Below are positions 1 through 9,079 of a stretch of DNA of 64,000 nucleotides, in pieces. Made by a program: the position numbers and the translations under genes. Within the stretch, counting starts at the first letter, position 1. Each line of letters starts with the position of its first letter. A model generated the notes under the pieces. The model saw nothing but the letters and a program-made list of their open reading frames with translations, made no database searches and was not told the DNA's origin. Source of the stretch: a virus; IMG/VR virus record IMGVR_UViG_3300033145_000192, positions 64,001-128,000 of that record, one strand, 5' to 3'.

Positions 1-864
1 AGACCTGTCCCCAATTCCCCACTTGTATTTGTCCCAACTGCAAGTTTCATTGTCTCCAGTGAGCCTGCGCTTATAGTCGTGTCCATACACGTCGGGAAAT
101 CCATTCTTCATAAAATCAACCGCTAACACCTCTGCTGCGTCTCTACATGCGGCAAATCTATTCCTCATTTCAACAGTGGAGAAATTCGTATGTGCTCCAG
201 CGCCATTCCAGTTTCCACCAACGGGCTTGGAGTCTAGCTTAATCGTTACGCCATGATTCTCGGCAATACGATAAAGAAGATAACGAGCCAGCCACAGATG
301 GTCAGATACTATCAGTGGGCTCTCTGGTCCAATCTGGAACTCCCACTGTCCTGGCATTACCTCGGCATTAACGCCAGCTATCATAAGGCTGGCCTTAACG
401 CACGCCGCTAGATGTTCTTCTACAATCTTGCGTCCAAATGCTTCATCTGCCCCAACTCCACAATAGAATGGACCCTGTTGAGCGGGATATCCGCCTTCTG
501 GCCAACCCAATGGAGTGCGGCCACAAAACATAGTATACTCTTGCTCTATGCCAAACAGTGGTTCAAGTCTACTAAAGGAATGATATGTTTTCACCATGCT
601 ATGTCTATAGTTGGTGGCAGACGGAGTCCCAAAATAGTTACATACCTCGCATAGCGCCAATAAGTGTGGCCGACCGCGTAACGGGTCACCAATCACATAG
701 ACTGGTTTTAGAATACAGTCTGATATTGTGCCTTCGGCTTGACCGGTGCTAGAGCCATCGAACGTCCACTCTGGAACATCGTCACTGGTAATAACTCTGG
801 TCTTTGCTCTTAGCTTTGGAACTGGTTTAGTCCCATCAATCCAGATATATTCGACAAATTTCAT
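1..864 (-). CDS. glnII: Glutamine synthetase type II, partial (runs off left edge; not in the ORF track)
   Basis: Manual translation from ATG at 864 (ATGA overlap with upstream stop): MKFVEYIWIDG..LRAKTRV..PEWTFDGSSTGQAEG..SDCILKPV..FGIEQEY..QGPFYCGVGAD..GVNAEVMPGQWEFQIGP..NWNGAGAHTNFST..RRLTG..ET..WGIGDRS. These are diagnostic GSII motifs; 288 open codons to position 1. Confidence 0.93.
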   Translation of the reverse strand, partial: MKFVEYIWIDGTKPVPKLRAKTRVITSDDVPEWTFDGSSTGQAEGTISDCILKPVYVIGDPLRGRPHLLALCEVCNYFGTPSATNYRHSMVKTYHSFSRLEPLFGIEQEYTMFCGRTPLGWPEGGYPAQQGPFYCGVGADEAFGRKIVEEHLAACVKASLMIAGVNAEVMPGQWEFQIGPESPLIVSDHLWLARYLLYRIAENHGVTIKLDSKPVGGNWNGAGAHTNFSTVEMRNRFAACRDAAEVLAVDFMKNGFPDVYGHDYKRRLTGDNETCSWDKYKWGIGDRS

Positions 865-1520
865 ATGATTGCCTTATCTGGAACCTTTCTTTTTTGCTTA
901 GAGGCAACTATAGGCTTGTCGAAAAAGTCCTTTGCGGCCTGCGGGGTCTTTGTAACGATAGCAAAGATTCTATCATCACCCTTCTTCTGAATCCGGTCCC
1001 TGGCCCAGCCCCAGCAATCCTCAATCATAGCGCCCCTTCTGCCGTGTAGCTCTGGACTACAAAGAATGACCTTGCCATCCTTCGGCACCTGATTTAGCAA
1101 CCCGCCGTATGCTGATGGATTCCAACTGCGCAATGGGTCTAGCCAAAACTTCTTACTTCTAGCTCCACCATGACCTCTTACGGATTCATATTCACTTAAT
1201 CTGTCCCAGACGGGCAGCTTCGCTTGGTGGGCATAGTATGCGGATGGATGTGGCACGTCGAACAGGCCAATGAGCTTCGTCCCAAATGCCTTGACAATCT
1301 TCTTAAGCCACTCAACGTCTAGGTTTTGCTTGATATCGACAAAGAACCTTTCGTAGCCAGAATGGTCGAAAATCATGCCTAGTTCGCCTGGCCTTGATTC
1401 GTTTGGCTCGTGAAACGCCCTAATCTTGCCATCGTGACTAATCTGAACATCTATTTCAGCCCCGTATACGCCAATGTTAACGGGCTTCCACTTGTTGACT
1501 CTATGAGCAATTATCTTCAT
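861..1520 (-). CDS. Glycerophosphodiester phosphodiesterase-like (PLC-like TIM barrel) protein
   Basis: MKIIAHR..GAEIDVQISHDGKIRAFHEP matches the GDPD N-terminal AHR / E-x-D / H motifs; likely start at ATG 1520. Confidence 0.6.
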   Translation of the reverse strand: MKIIAHRVNKWKPVNIGVYGAEIDVQISHDGKIRAFHEPNESRPGELGMIFDHSGYERFFVDIKQNLDVEWLKKIVKAFGTKLIGLFDVPHPSAYYAHQAKLPVWDRLSEYESVRGHGGARSKKFWLDPLRSWNPSAYGGLLNQVPKDGKVILCSPELHGRRGAMIEDCWGWARDRIQKKGDDRIFAIVTKTPQAAKDFFDKPIVASKQKRKVPDKAII

Positions 1521-2586
1521 GTCTTTCCTTTTCCTCCAGCATACTCGCCACAATCTCATCGACTGATTCTTCGAGTGTGATTTCTGTTTCGAACCCTAGC
1601 ATATCCCTAGCCTTATTGACTAGTGGGACTCTCTTCTGAACATCGCACTCAAATGGCTTGTCGGAGACATATCTGAAAGGCAACTCTCCGTTGATTCTGG
1701 TCCAAACCATCTTCGCTAACTCCAACACCGATGTCTGTCGCGGACTAGAAAGGTTGAAGTCTTCATTCTGGAGTGGATTCTCCATAGCAAGTCGGATGCC
1801 TCTTGCGATATCCTTGCCATGAGTATAGCAACGAATTTGACTACCGTCTCCTAGAATATGAAGTGGATTCTGGCCAGAAAGGACTTTGTTCACAAGGTCT
1901 GGGAGCACATGGCTCATGCGCAACTTCACGTTGCCACTATAGATTTCCTCTTCTCCAACTGCCTCATCCTCACCAAGCCCAACGCAATTGAATGGCCTTA
2001 CGATTGTGAACGGCAAGCCATACTGCTGCCATGCACCCTTACAGAAATACTCTGATGCGAGCTTCTGGAATCCATATGTGCTATTTGGTGGGCCAAATAC
2101 CTTCTCTGCTCCTTCTGGAGTCGGCCACGGAGGCCAGAACTCAGAAGCCTCAAACAGATGCTTCCACGCCTCATCGGCTCCTTCAAATACCATTGAGGAG
2201 CTAATGACCACGACCTTCTTTATCTTCATCCATTTGTCTTTCCACAACTCAATGGAGGCGTCAAACGTATTTGATAGAATCCGCTCGTTCGTAGATAGTA
2301 GGTCATAGGCATACTTGTGAAAATAGCTAATGCCACCAATCATGGCGGCACATGCAATCACATAGTCTGGATTATGAGTTGAGAAATCAGGAGTCTCTTT
2401 GGACAAGTCCAATTCTACTAGGCGAAAGTTCTCATGGGAGTCATGCTCGCGCTTTACGCGGCCATACTTTGAGAAGTTGTCATAGCCAATGACGCGATAA
2501 CCACGGGCTAGAAGGTCTCGGCACAGGTAGCCGCCGATAAATCCTTGTGACCCAGTAAGTGCAACGGTCTTCATTCTGTTTGTCAT
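1501..2586 (-). CDS. NAD-dependent epimerase/dehydratase (extended SDR), UDP-glucuronate decarboxylase (UXS/ArnA-C)-like
   Basis: TGSQGFIG Rossmann motif, SSSMVF, YGFQK (YxxxK), IVRPFNCVG, GDGSQIRCYTH and DVQKRVP resemble ArnA/UXS decarboxylases. Confidence 0.8.
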   Translation of the reverse strand: MTNRMKTVALTGSQGFIGGYLCRDLLARGYRVIGYDNFSKYGRVKREHDSHENFRLVELDLSKETPDFSTHNPDYVIACAAMIGGISYFHKYAYDLLSTNERILSNTFDASIELWKDKWMKIKKVVVISSSMVFEGADEAWKHLFEASEFWPPWPTPEGAEKVFGPPNSTYGFQKLASEYFCKGAWQQYGLPFTIVRPFNCVGLGEDEAVGEEEIYSGNVKLRMSHVLPDLVNKVLSGQNPLHILGDGSQIRCYTHGKDIARGIRLAMENPLQNEDFNLSSPRQTSVLELAKMVWTRINGELPFRYVSDKPFECDVQKRVPLVNKARDMLGFETEITLEESVDEIVASMLEEKERHEDNCS

Positions 2587-3215
2587 TTTTTATCTCGTAT
2601 TGGCAAATCGGGTTGGCCTGTTTCCATGTAGGAACTGGCTCTAGGCGCGATTCGCTTATAGTTATGATTCATGATTGGGACTGCGTGAAAACACGCTCTA
2701 CAGAAGTCGTCCTTTTTCTCAAAGTCAATGACCTTCTTTATGTTGCCAAACTTGGCATTACTTAACATTCTTCTGAGACCTGCTTGATTTGGGGCCCACC
2801 AACAAGATTCTTCATCAAGAAATGTCATGATTGGACGGTTACCACTCAGATAGAGCTTTGTCTCCAACACAAGAAGTCCCTTCGTTATCCTTCTTAGTCT
2901 AGATAGGAGCGACATAGGATTCTCTACATGATAGAGGACGCCATTACATGAAACAACGTCATATTCCATTATTCGTAGGAATGATTCCGAAAAGATATCA
3001 AGTTGAACAAAGTCAAAGCCAAACTTGGCAATATTCCTTTTCAGACCTTCACATACACACATGTCAATCCCAATGGCGTGTTTTGCACCTCGCCTAAGAG
3101 CCTCTACGCACAGTGAACCATCCCAACAGCCAACCTCACAGAAGGTCTTTCCCTCCATGTCGATAGGCATATTGAATAGCTTCCATTTTTTGCTCAATCC
3201 CGAAACTGTTGTCAT
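2583..3215 (-). CDS. Class I SAM-dependent methyltransferase (CmoB/DUF1698-like)
   Basis: TFCEVGCWDG motif I, AIGID, YDVVSCNGVLYHVENP, GLLVLET. Confidence 0.8.
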   Translation of the reverse strand: MTTVSGLSKKWKLFNMPIDMEGKTFCEVGCWDGSLCVEALRRGAKHAIGIDMCVCEGLKRNIAKFGFDFVQLDIFSESFLRIMEYDVVSCNGVLYHVENPMSLLSRLRRITKGLLVLETKLYLSGNRPIMTFLDEESCWWAPNQAGLRRMLSNAKFGNIKKVIDFEKKDDFCRACFHAVPIMNHNYKRIAPRASSYMETGQPDLPIRDKK

Positions 3216-4018
3216 TTCAGTCTCATGTGCTCAAAAACAGTGGTGCGATAGAGGTCGTTGTCCTTGACTATAGTGCGGAAGATTTGTGCGTCAATGCCTA
3301 ACCCCTCTGCCAGTCTGGCGAAAGCCGCTGTGTCCTTCGGGAGACACACGCCGCCGAAGCCACGGAAATTCTCGTTGCAATCCAGGTAGAGATTTGTCAT
3401 TGTTGGTCGCGCCACAGCCGCGCTTTTAATTTTCGAATAGTCAGCCCCAAGTTTCTGGCATACCTCATAGAAGCCATTGGCAAATATGACCCTCATGGCA
3501 TTGAACACGTTCGAGAAGTATTTGGTCAGTTCTGCCTCTGTTGGAGACATCTTTACGAACTTCTGAGGATAGTGTCCGTGTGCCTCTTTGACCAAATCAA
3601 ACATGTGACTTGCAAACGGCCCGCTAACGCCAATAACACAGACATCATGGTGTTCAGTGAAGTCGCTAATGGCGTGTCGTTCACGCAAGAACTCTGGAAC
3701 AAAACAAATCATCGTTGGAGCGTATGTGTCAACTAGCATCTCTGTAAAGCCAGGAACAGTCGTTGATTTCACAACGATTACGCCCTTATAGTAGATTGCC
3801 ACCAGGTCTTCAATCACCCTTTCGACAATCGACGTATCACATGACCCATCTGCTGACTCCGGGGTCGGAACACAGATAAAGCACACCTCTGTATCTAGAA
3901 CGTCAAGAAGCTGTGTTTCCAGCACAATATCATGGACTCGAACCTCGTGGCCCAATTTCTCCATTCCATATTTCACAGCGCCACCAACCATACCAACGCC
4001 TACAATGCCTACCTTCAT
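3212..4018 (-). CDS. ugd: UDP-glucose/GDP-mannose 6-dehydrogenase family protein (short form)
   Basis: VGIVGVGMVG, FICVPTP, VVKSTTVPG, PEFLRE, EAELTKYFSN, catalytic GFGGVCLPKD. At 268 aa it lacks the usual C-terminal domain. Confidence 0.85.
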   Translation of the reverse strand: MKVGIVGVGMVGGAVKYGMEKLGHEVRVHDIVLETQLLDVLDTEVCFICVPTPESADGSCDTSIVERVIEDLVAIYYKGVIVVKSTTVPGFTEMLVDTYAPTMICFVPEFLRERHAISDFTEHHDVCVIGVSGPFASHMFDLVKEAHGHYPQKFVKMSPTEAELTKYFSNVFNAMRVIFANGFYEVCQKLGADYSKIKSAAVARPTMTNLYLDCNENFRGFGGVCLPKDTAAFARLAEGLGIDAQIFRTIVKDNDLYRTTVFEHMRLK

Positions 4019-4470
4019 TTGTCACCCCTATATAGTTTTCCAGTTAGCTTAGGTCCAAGCTGAACCTCTCTGCCTGTTAGTTTGGACTTTACTCTGTAAC
4101 GACAAGTCCATAGGTCCGTTCTCATATGGTCACTGTGTCCACACTTACAGCACATTACCTGCCACCAGCATGGATGCGATGTCATCACTTCGCCATCTTC
4201 TACTAAGTGATAGCAATGTTCACATTCCGGCTCAGGCTTCGCTTCTACTAGGAGAAGTTCTGGCGACCAAGCGTTGTATTTCGAGGCTAATTCCATTATC
4301 GCAGTAGAATTTTCACAGCCACCAAACCTGCCACAAGTGCTACAAGACCAGCAGGCGTAACATCCGGCCTTTGAATAGACCTTTTTTGGCTCTTCGCAAC
4401 AACATGGAAGGCTAACTTTGCCTGACTCTACGGACCTCATAATTACCTCGATGTCAAAATCATGGCACAA
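4015..4470 (-). CDS. Cys-rich hypothetical protein (several CxxC motifs)
   Basis: CSTCG, CEHC and CCKCG motifs; translationally coupled to its neighbours. Confidence 0.5.
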   Translation of the reverse strand: MCHDFDIEVIMRSVESGKVSLPCCCEEPKKVYSKAGCYACWSCSTCGRFGGCENSTAIMELASKYNAWSPELLLVEAKPEPECEHCYHLVEDGEVMTSHPCWWQVMCCKCGHSDHMRTDLWTCRYRVKSKLTGREVQLGPKLTGKLYRGDK

Positions 4471-5132
4471 TTTCGTTTCATGCCTTTTCCTAGACCTATA
4501 TCTAATTCTTCACTCAATGATACTATTCTCTCTGGACCGACATCGGTATACAGGAGAATATCATGTGTCTTGCCTATTGCCTTCTCAAACAAAAACTTCT
4601 GTTCGCCAGTGCCTTTTCGGTCACTGTATGGAGACTTCATGTCATGGATGAACACTGGTTTTCTAACTTTGCATAGAAAATTGTTCCAGTAGTATTCAGC
4701 CATGTTCCACGAATGTTGGCAGTCAATAACTATCAAGTCAGACGCCTTGCATGCAGATAGAATTCTGTTTTGGAACTTCTTGTTCATTATGTTGCATACG
4801 GTGAACGGGATTTTGTCAAGTCCACCGGACAAGGCACCTTGCTCACTTAGCTCTAGCGAAAACGCACGCACACTGATTCCCATTAGTCGCATCAGTATTG
4901 TGCTTATGCCTACGCCAAACTCTGTTACAGTCTTGGCCCCAATATGTCGTATGTAGCAAGACAAGATATGAAGGTCAAGAGGACACATCGCATCGCCAAT
5001 GAAGAAACCAGGAGTATATGGAATTACGTTACCAATATCAATTAAATTGGCCAAATTCTCATCATGTGGAATCTTGCAACAGCCTGGAACACTAAATGCA
5101 AGCCCCTCCTTTTGTCTTTGGTTAGGCGTCAT
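4443..5132 (-). CDS. Class I SAM-dependent methyltransferase-like (Methyltransf_24-type)
   Basis: TVTEFGVGIST, DLIVIDCQHSW and VFIHD motifs. Confidence 0.55.
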   Translation of the reverse strand: MTPNQRQKEGLAFSVPGCCKIPHDENLANLIDIGNVIPYTPGFFIGDAMCPLDLHILSCYIRHIGAKTVTEFGVGISTILMRLMGISVRAFSLELSEQGALSGGLDKIPFTVCNIMNKKFQNRILSACKASDLIVIDCQHSWNMAEYYWNNFLCKVRKPVFIHDMKSPYSDRKGTGEQKFLFEKAIGKTHDILLYTDVGPERIVSLSEELDIGLGKGMKRNCAMILTSR

Positions 5133-5137
5133 GCTAT

Positions 5138-5725
5138 TTAGCTCCTTAGTGGATTGTTCTTTGCATGCTGAACGATATCTGGGTCAATAACTGCCTCCAG
5201 TGCTTCAACAGTCCCGCCACCAAGGAATTCACACAAGCCACCAAGAACCCCTGCATCCTTCTCTATGACCTTCTGGAATGGCAGTGAGTAAGCCTTGCAT
5301 CTAGTGGATTTCAAGTATCTCTGTGTCTCGTTTTGTATCCTGTTGAACGTCCCACAAATGGCAGGAATTGCCTGCGGCTTCCATCCAGTATACAGCTTAT
5401 TGCCACTAGCAATGCCCTCCTCTGGGTCTCTACTAGTCACAATGACGTGGACATCAAATCCTAGCTTCTGCAAAACAGGTATCCACTGCGCATACAGGTG
5501 AATCAGCTTAACGGCGTCTGCACCCTGCTCCTCTAGCTTTAGAATGGCTGGAGGAATGGCGTGTCTTTGAGCATTACTGAGCGGATTCTCGTTGTAGCCG
5601 CTTCGAAGTCCAAACTCCTGCATCGGATTGCACTCTCCGAAGCTGTAGCCACACGTTTTTACCAACTCGCAAGCTAGCGAAGTCCCACTTCTGCCTGGCC
5701 CGCACACAACAACAAACTTCTTCAT
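5138..5725 (-). CDS. Sulfotransferase family protein
   Basis: VVVCGPGRSGTSL 5'-phosphosulfate-binding loop, NPLS, and VIVTSRDP 3'-phosphate motif; start at 5725 (or 5737). Confidence 0.7.
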   Translation of the reverse strand: MKKFVVVCGPGRSGTSLACELVKTCGYSFGECNPMQEFGLRSGYNENPLSNAQRHAIPPAILKLEEQGADAVKLIHLYAQWIPVLQKLGFDVHVIVTSRDPEEGIASGNKLYTGWKPQAIPAICGTFNRIQNETQRYLKSTRCKAYSLPFQKVIEKDAGVLGGLCEFLGGGTVEALEAVIDPDIVQHAKNNPLRS

Positions 5726-5733
5726 GTCTTCCC

Positions 5734-6468
5734 TCATAGCTTTGTAAAGTATCCATGGCACTGATAGCCGCAATACAATTGACTGATACCCTCTGGCTTG
5801 TCAGCAAAGAACTCATCACAAGCCTTCTTCACTCCAGGCAGCGCATTGAGCACGTTGAGGTTCCTGTAGTTCTTCTTCCTCAACGAACCTAGTGAATCAA
5901 AAACCGGCTTAACGATGACTGGGTCGCAATAGTCATCTACTATGCAAATCCCGCCACTTGAGAGCCTCGGATATACCAACTCAAGCGATTCCATGATTGA
6001 GGTATAGAAGTCACCATCAAGATGGGCGAAAACGATTTCAGATGGAATGTCGCTGTCGGTAATCTCGTTAAACCACATTCTGTGAATAATCGGGTGCCTG
6101 AGCTTGAATTCGTCAAATAGCTCAAATATGTGGGCCTCATCGAACCCCTCTCCAGCTATGAGATGCTTTGGGGCATTCGGATTCGCGGACATTTGTCCTG
6201 CTCGGAATGGCGTATGGCCGTCTTCCGGACGCTTGCCAGGTAGGCCCTCAAACGAGTCGTATAGATGGACTTCTCTGTCGATTTCAAGAACATCAAGCAC
6301 CTTCTGCATGATTCTCGCAGTTTTGCCCCTATGACATCCAAGCTCAACGATATGCCCAGGAATGTTCAGCAACATGACCCTCATCAACAGATGATAGATG
6401 TTCATGGCCTGTTCCATGTTCACCATACCGGATGTCTTGACCATATCTACAATGAAGTTGTTATCCAT
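5734..6468 (-). CDS. tylF: TylF/MycF/NovP-family sugar O-methyltransferase
   Basis: VELGCHRG, HLYDSFEGLP, FAHLDGDFYTS, GGICIVDDY. Confidence 0.88.
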   Translation of the reverse strand: MDNNFIVDMVKTSGMVNMEQAMNIYHLLMRVMLLNIPGHIVELGCHRGKTARIMQKVLDVLEIDREVHLYDSFEGLPGKRPEDGHTPFRAGQMSANPNAPKHLIAGEGFDEAHIFELFDEFKLRHPIIHRMWFNEITDSDIPSEIVFAHLDGDFYTSIMESLELVYPRLSSGGICIVDDYCDPVIVKPVFDSLGSLRKKNYRNLNVLNALPGVKKACDEFFADKPEGISQLYCGYQCHGYFTKL

Positions 6469-7037
6469 TAGTATACCTTGTATCCCTTAATGCTTCCCTG
6501 CTTTGTATCCTCATCACCACCATACAGACATTCAAACCCAAATAATTCCATCTCTCCACATCTTGTGGATTTGGATAGATGCGTTTTATCCTTGTCATAT
6601 CCACTGCCCCAAGGCAAATGAATGATGCATAGTTTCTTTGCAACTATGTCGATGCGCCTGAATGTATCAGCCCATTCGTCTTTGTAGATGTGCTCTGGAC
6701 CGGCAGACCAAAACACAAGGTCAAAGCTATCCTCATCAAACACCTCATCAATCAGCCTTACGTCTCCAGCCACAACGTCTCGTATGTATGGGTTATTCAC
6801 CTTTTTTTCTATGTATTCATCGAATAGCTCTAGTGTGACGAAATCAAGGTCACCAGGAAAAACTTCATCAAGAAAGCGCAACCACCTGATTGAATCAACA
6901 CCTCCATGTATGCCCAAGCCCACATTCAGAATAGACTTGATACCCATATCCTTGACTGCCTCGCGAATTTCGTTCCACCCATAGCCAAGCATGACTTTCT
7001 TCCACTTGTCGAAATCTACCTCTTTTCTCTCAATCAT
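6468..7037 (-). CDS. Class I SAM-dependent methyltransferase-like (paralogue of 10486..11166)
   Basis: SILNVGLG, GDVRLID, FDLVFWSAGPEH, IHLPWG. Confidence 0.65.
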   Translation of the reverse strand: MIERKEVDFDKWKKVMLGYGWNEIREAVKDMGIKSILNVGLGIHGGVDSIRWLRFLDEVFPGDLDFVTLELFDEYIEKKVNNPYIRDVVAGDVRLIDEVFDEDSFDLVFWSAGPEHIYKDEWADTFRRIDIVAKKLCIIHLPWGSGYDKDKTHLSKSTRCGEMELFGFECLYGGDEDTKQGSIKGYKVY

Positions 7038-7728
7038 TATATGCTCCGAAGTATTGCTCGTTCAGACTCAAAATGTCCGATGGTATTGATTTTATTCTTT
7101 CTCTCACTTCTGGAGCCTTATACCTATCCAAAATCTTCATCTTGGACGGATTGGTCCTGAAGTCCAGTTTGTCGAAGCTACTTCCTCCTCCACTCCCCAT
7201 GATGTATTCACGCCCCGCATCTGTAAATGGAACTGAGGCACCAAGCATCGCGCACACCTCTTCGAATATAGTGCGACGATAATCTAAGTCTATATGCCAT
7301 TTCGGAAAGTTCACAGTCACACTTTGGTCACCAAACGTCTTATGTCCAAGTGCGTGAAGAATATAGTCCTTCCATACTGCAAATAGCTTGGAGTGTCCGA
7401 TATTCCCATGTTTGAGAATACTAGCAAAGTGATTTTTGATATCGCGAACCACGATTACACGAGGAAGATTAGGACATGTGGGGGTATCAATCCTGCCCTC
7501 AAGGCCAACTCCTAGGAGATTGATAGGGTCGGCAAGCGGCCTTTTAACGTGTTGCTCTCCGTTCGCATACCACACTTTGAGATGGGCGCTAGGGCCGTAG
7601 TTATTCAAAAACAGTCCGAGCCCTGGGAATTGGCAGAATAACCAGTGAGATACTCCGTGCTGGCCGCACCTGGGATAGCCTAGCACAGCAAGTGATTTCT
7701 TGTGCTCCAGCCCTGCTATCTTGCTCAT
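7030..7728 (-). CDS. Sulfotransferase-like protein
   Basis: VLGYPRCGQHGVSHWL (RSGxHA-type PSB loop variant), VIVVRD..NHFAS, GGGSSFD. Confidence 0.55.
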   Translation of the reverse strand: MSKIAGLEHKKSLAVLGYPRCGQHGVSHWLFCQFPGLGLFLNNYGPSAHLKVWYANGEQHVKRPLADPINLLGVGLEGRIDTPTCPNLPRVIVVRDIKNHFASILKHGNIGHSKLFAVWKDYILHALGHKTFGDQSVTVNFPKWHIDLDYRRTIFEEVCAMLGASVPFTDAGREYIMGSGGGSSFDKLDFRTNPSKMKILDRYKAPEVRERIKSIPSDILSLNEQYFGAYND

Positions 7729-8465
7729 TCTGCCGCCCTCTGCTCAAGGAACTCAAGCACCTTGTTGACGCTAAATTCGATTGACTCGTGCTCTGTGTTG
7801 ATTATCAAATCGGGGCTAGCTGGCTCCTCATAAGGTGCGCTTGGGTGAAATCCCGTAAGGTCCTTAATCTCGCCATCCATTGCTTTTTTATACAGACCCT
7901 TTGGGTCTCGCTTGGCGCACACACCAACCGGGCACTTGACGTAAACCTCGATGTAGTTGTCGCACAACTTTCGCGCATAGTCTCTTTGGCACTTGAATGG
8001 GGAGATGAACGAGGCCAGCACGATATGGTCGATTGCCAGGTAGCTCGCCACATGCACCGCTCGCTTGTTGTTCTCGTCCCTGTCGTCCTTAGAGAATCCA
8101 AGGTGCTTACTAAATGTAGCCCGCGCAACATCTCCGTCAAGGCGCTTGACCTGCAACATCTTTGCCTGTAATTTCGCCGCTATGGCATCTGCTAGAGTCG
8201 TCTTGCCCGACCCACTCAGACCTGTAAACCACACCACAACTCCGTCAGTAGTAACGCATTCACGACCAAAATTCACGCTATTCCACGCCCTTTCATGGAG
8301 ATAATACAACAAGGACTTTACCACCACATCCACTCCTATGAGTGCCGTAGCAATACCCCATGAGCCAGTAATGGCCCCACCGATGATAAAGAGTGCTAAC
8401 GTGGCCCAGAGTCGCCATGAGATTGTTTTGACTATTGACCTTTTGGAAGTTTCAACCATTTCCAC
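7725..8465 (-). CDS. cysC: Adenylyl-sulfate (APS) kinase with N-terminal DUF2061-like membrane domain
   Basis: VVWFTGLSGSGKTT, LDGDVAR, LGFSKDDRDEN, SFISPF, RDPKGLYKKA..GEIK..TG, PYEEP. The N-terminal KRSIVKTISWR..LYYLHERAW is DUF2061-like with two hydrophobic helices. Confidence 0.92.
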   Translation of the reverse strand: MEMVETSKRSIVKTISWRLWATLALFIIGGAITGSWGIATALIGVDVVVKSLLYYLHERAWNSVNFGRECVTTDGVVVWFTGLSGSGKTTLADAIAAKLQAKMLQVKRLDGDVARATFSKHLGFSKDDRDENNKRAVHVASYLAIDHIVLASFISPFKCQRDYARKLCDNYIEVYVKCPVGVCAKRDPKGLYKKAMDGEIKDLTGFHPSAPYEEPASPDLIINTEHESIEFSVNKVLEFLEQRAAE

Positions 8466-9079
8466 TCCTCACATTCCATGCTATATACTTCGTCAATGTG
8501 CTTTATATCCTCTTCACTCAACTCTTTCATATATGCCTTAGTTTCGTAGTAGTGCTTCTTGCGCTCGAACATACCGTTAGAAGTGCGGCCTTTGTAGTGC
8601 TTTGCAATGTCAATGCATATGCCGCCGGAAGTGAGGGGAACTCCATACATTTCAACTATACTTCGAAGAATTTCGCGTGGGTGACCCATCATATCATCGT
8701 GCTGGATGTTAACCCAGTTTGGAACTATCGACTCGATGGTTCTAAACGTCTCTAATACATGATTGCGCATAGCTATCATGTCGCTAAAGTCGAAACCTTC
8801 TACACCCCAAGGCTCACGCATGGCCCGCGTTACGGAAAGCCCGCTCCTGATTACTCCATGCGTTTGACCAGTCATAGAGCAAATCCAAGCCCATATGTTC
8901 TTATGAATGTGTAGGAATAGCGTATCGCTCCAGTCTCTTTCTCTAAGAAACCTCAGATTCACACCATGCTTACTCCCGTGCTTACTCCCAACCTCTATAT
9001 CGAAGTTGGCAGCACATAGTCGTTGAAGTATGTTTGTCCCACTACATTGTAGTCCAAATACCTGGATATACTTAATCAT
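8432..9079 (-). CDS. Sulfotransferase-like protein
   Basis: IQVFGLQCSGTN (variant of GxxRSGTN), GSKHG, HIHKNIWAWICSM; likely start ATG 9079. Confidence 0.55.
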   Translation of the reverse strand: MIKYIQVFGLQCSGTNILQRLCAANFDIEVGSKHGSKHGVNLRFLRERDWSDTLFLHIHKNIWAWICSMTGQTHGVIRSGLSVTRAMREPWGVEGFDFSDMIAMRNHVLETFRTIESIVPNWVNIQHDDMMGHPREILRSIVEMYGVPLTSGGICIDIAKHYKGRTSNGMFERKKHYYETKAYMKELSEEDIKHIDEVYSMECEEWKWLKLPKGQ

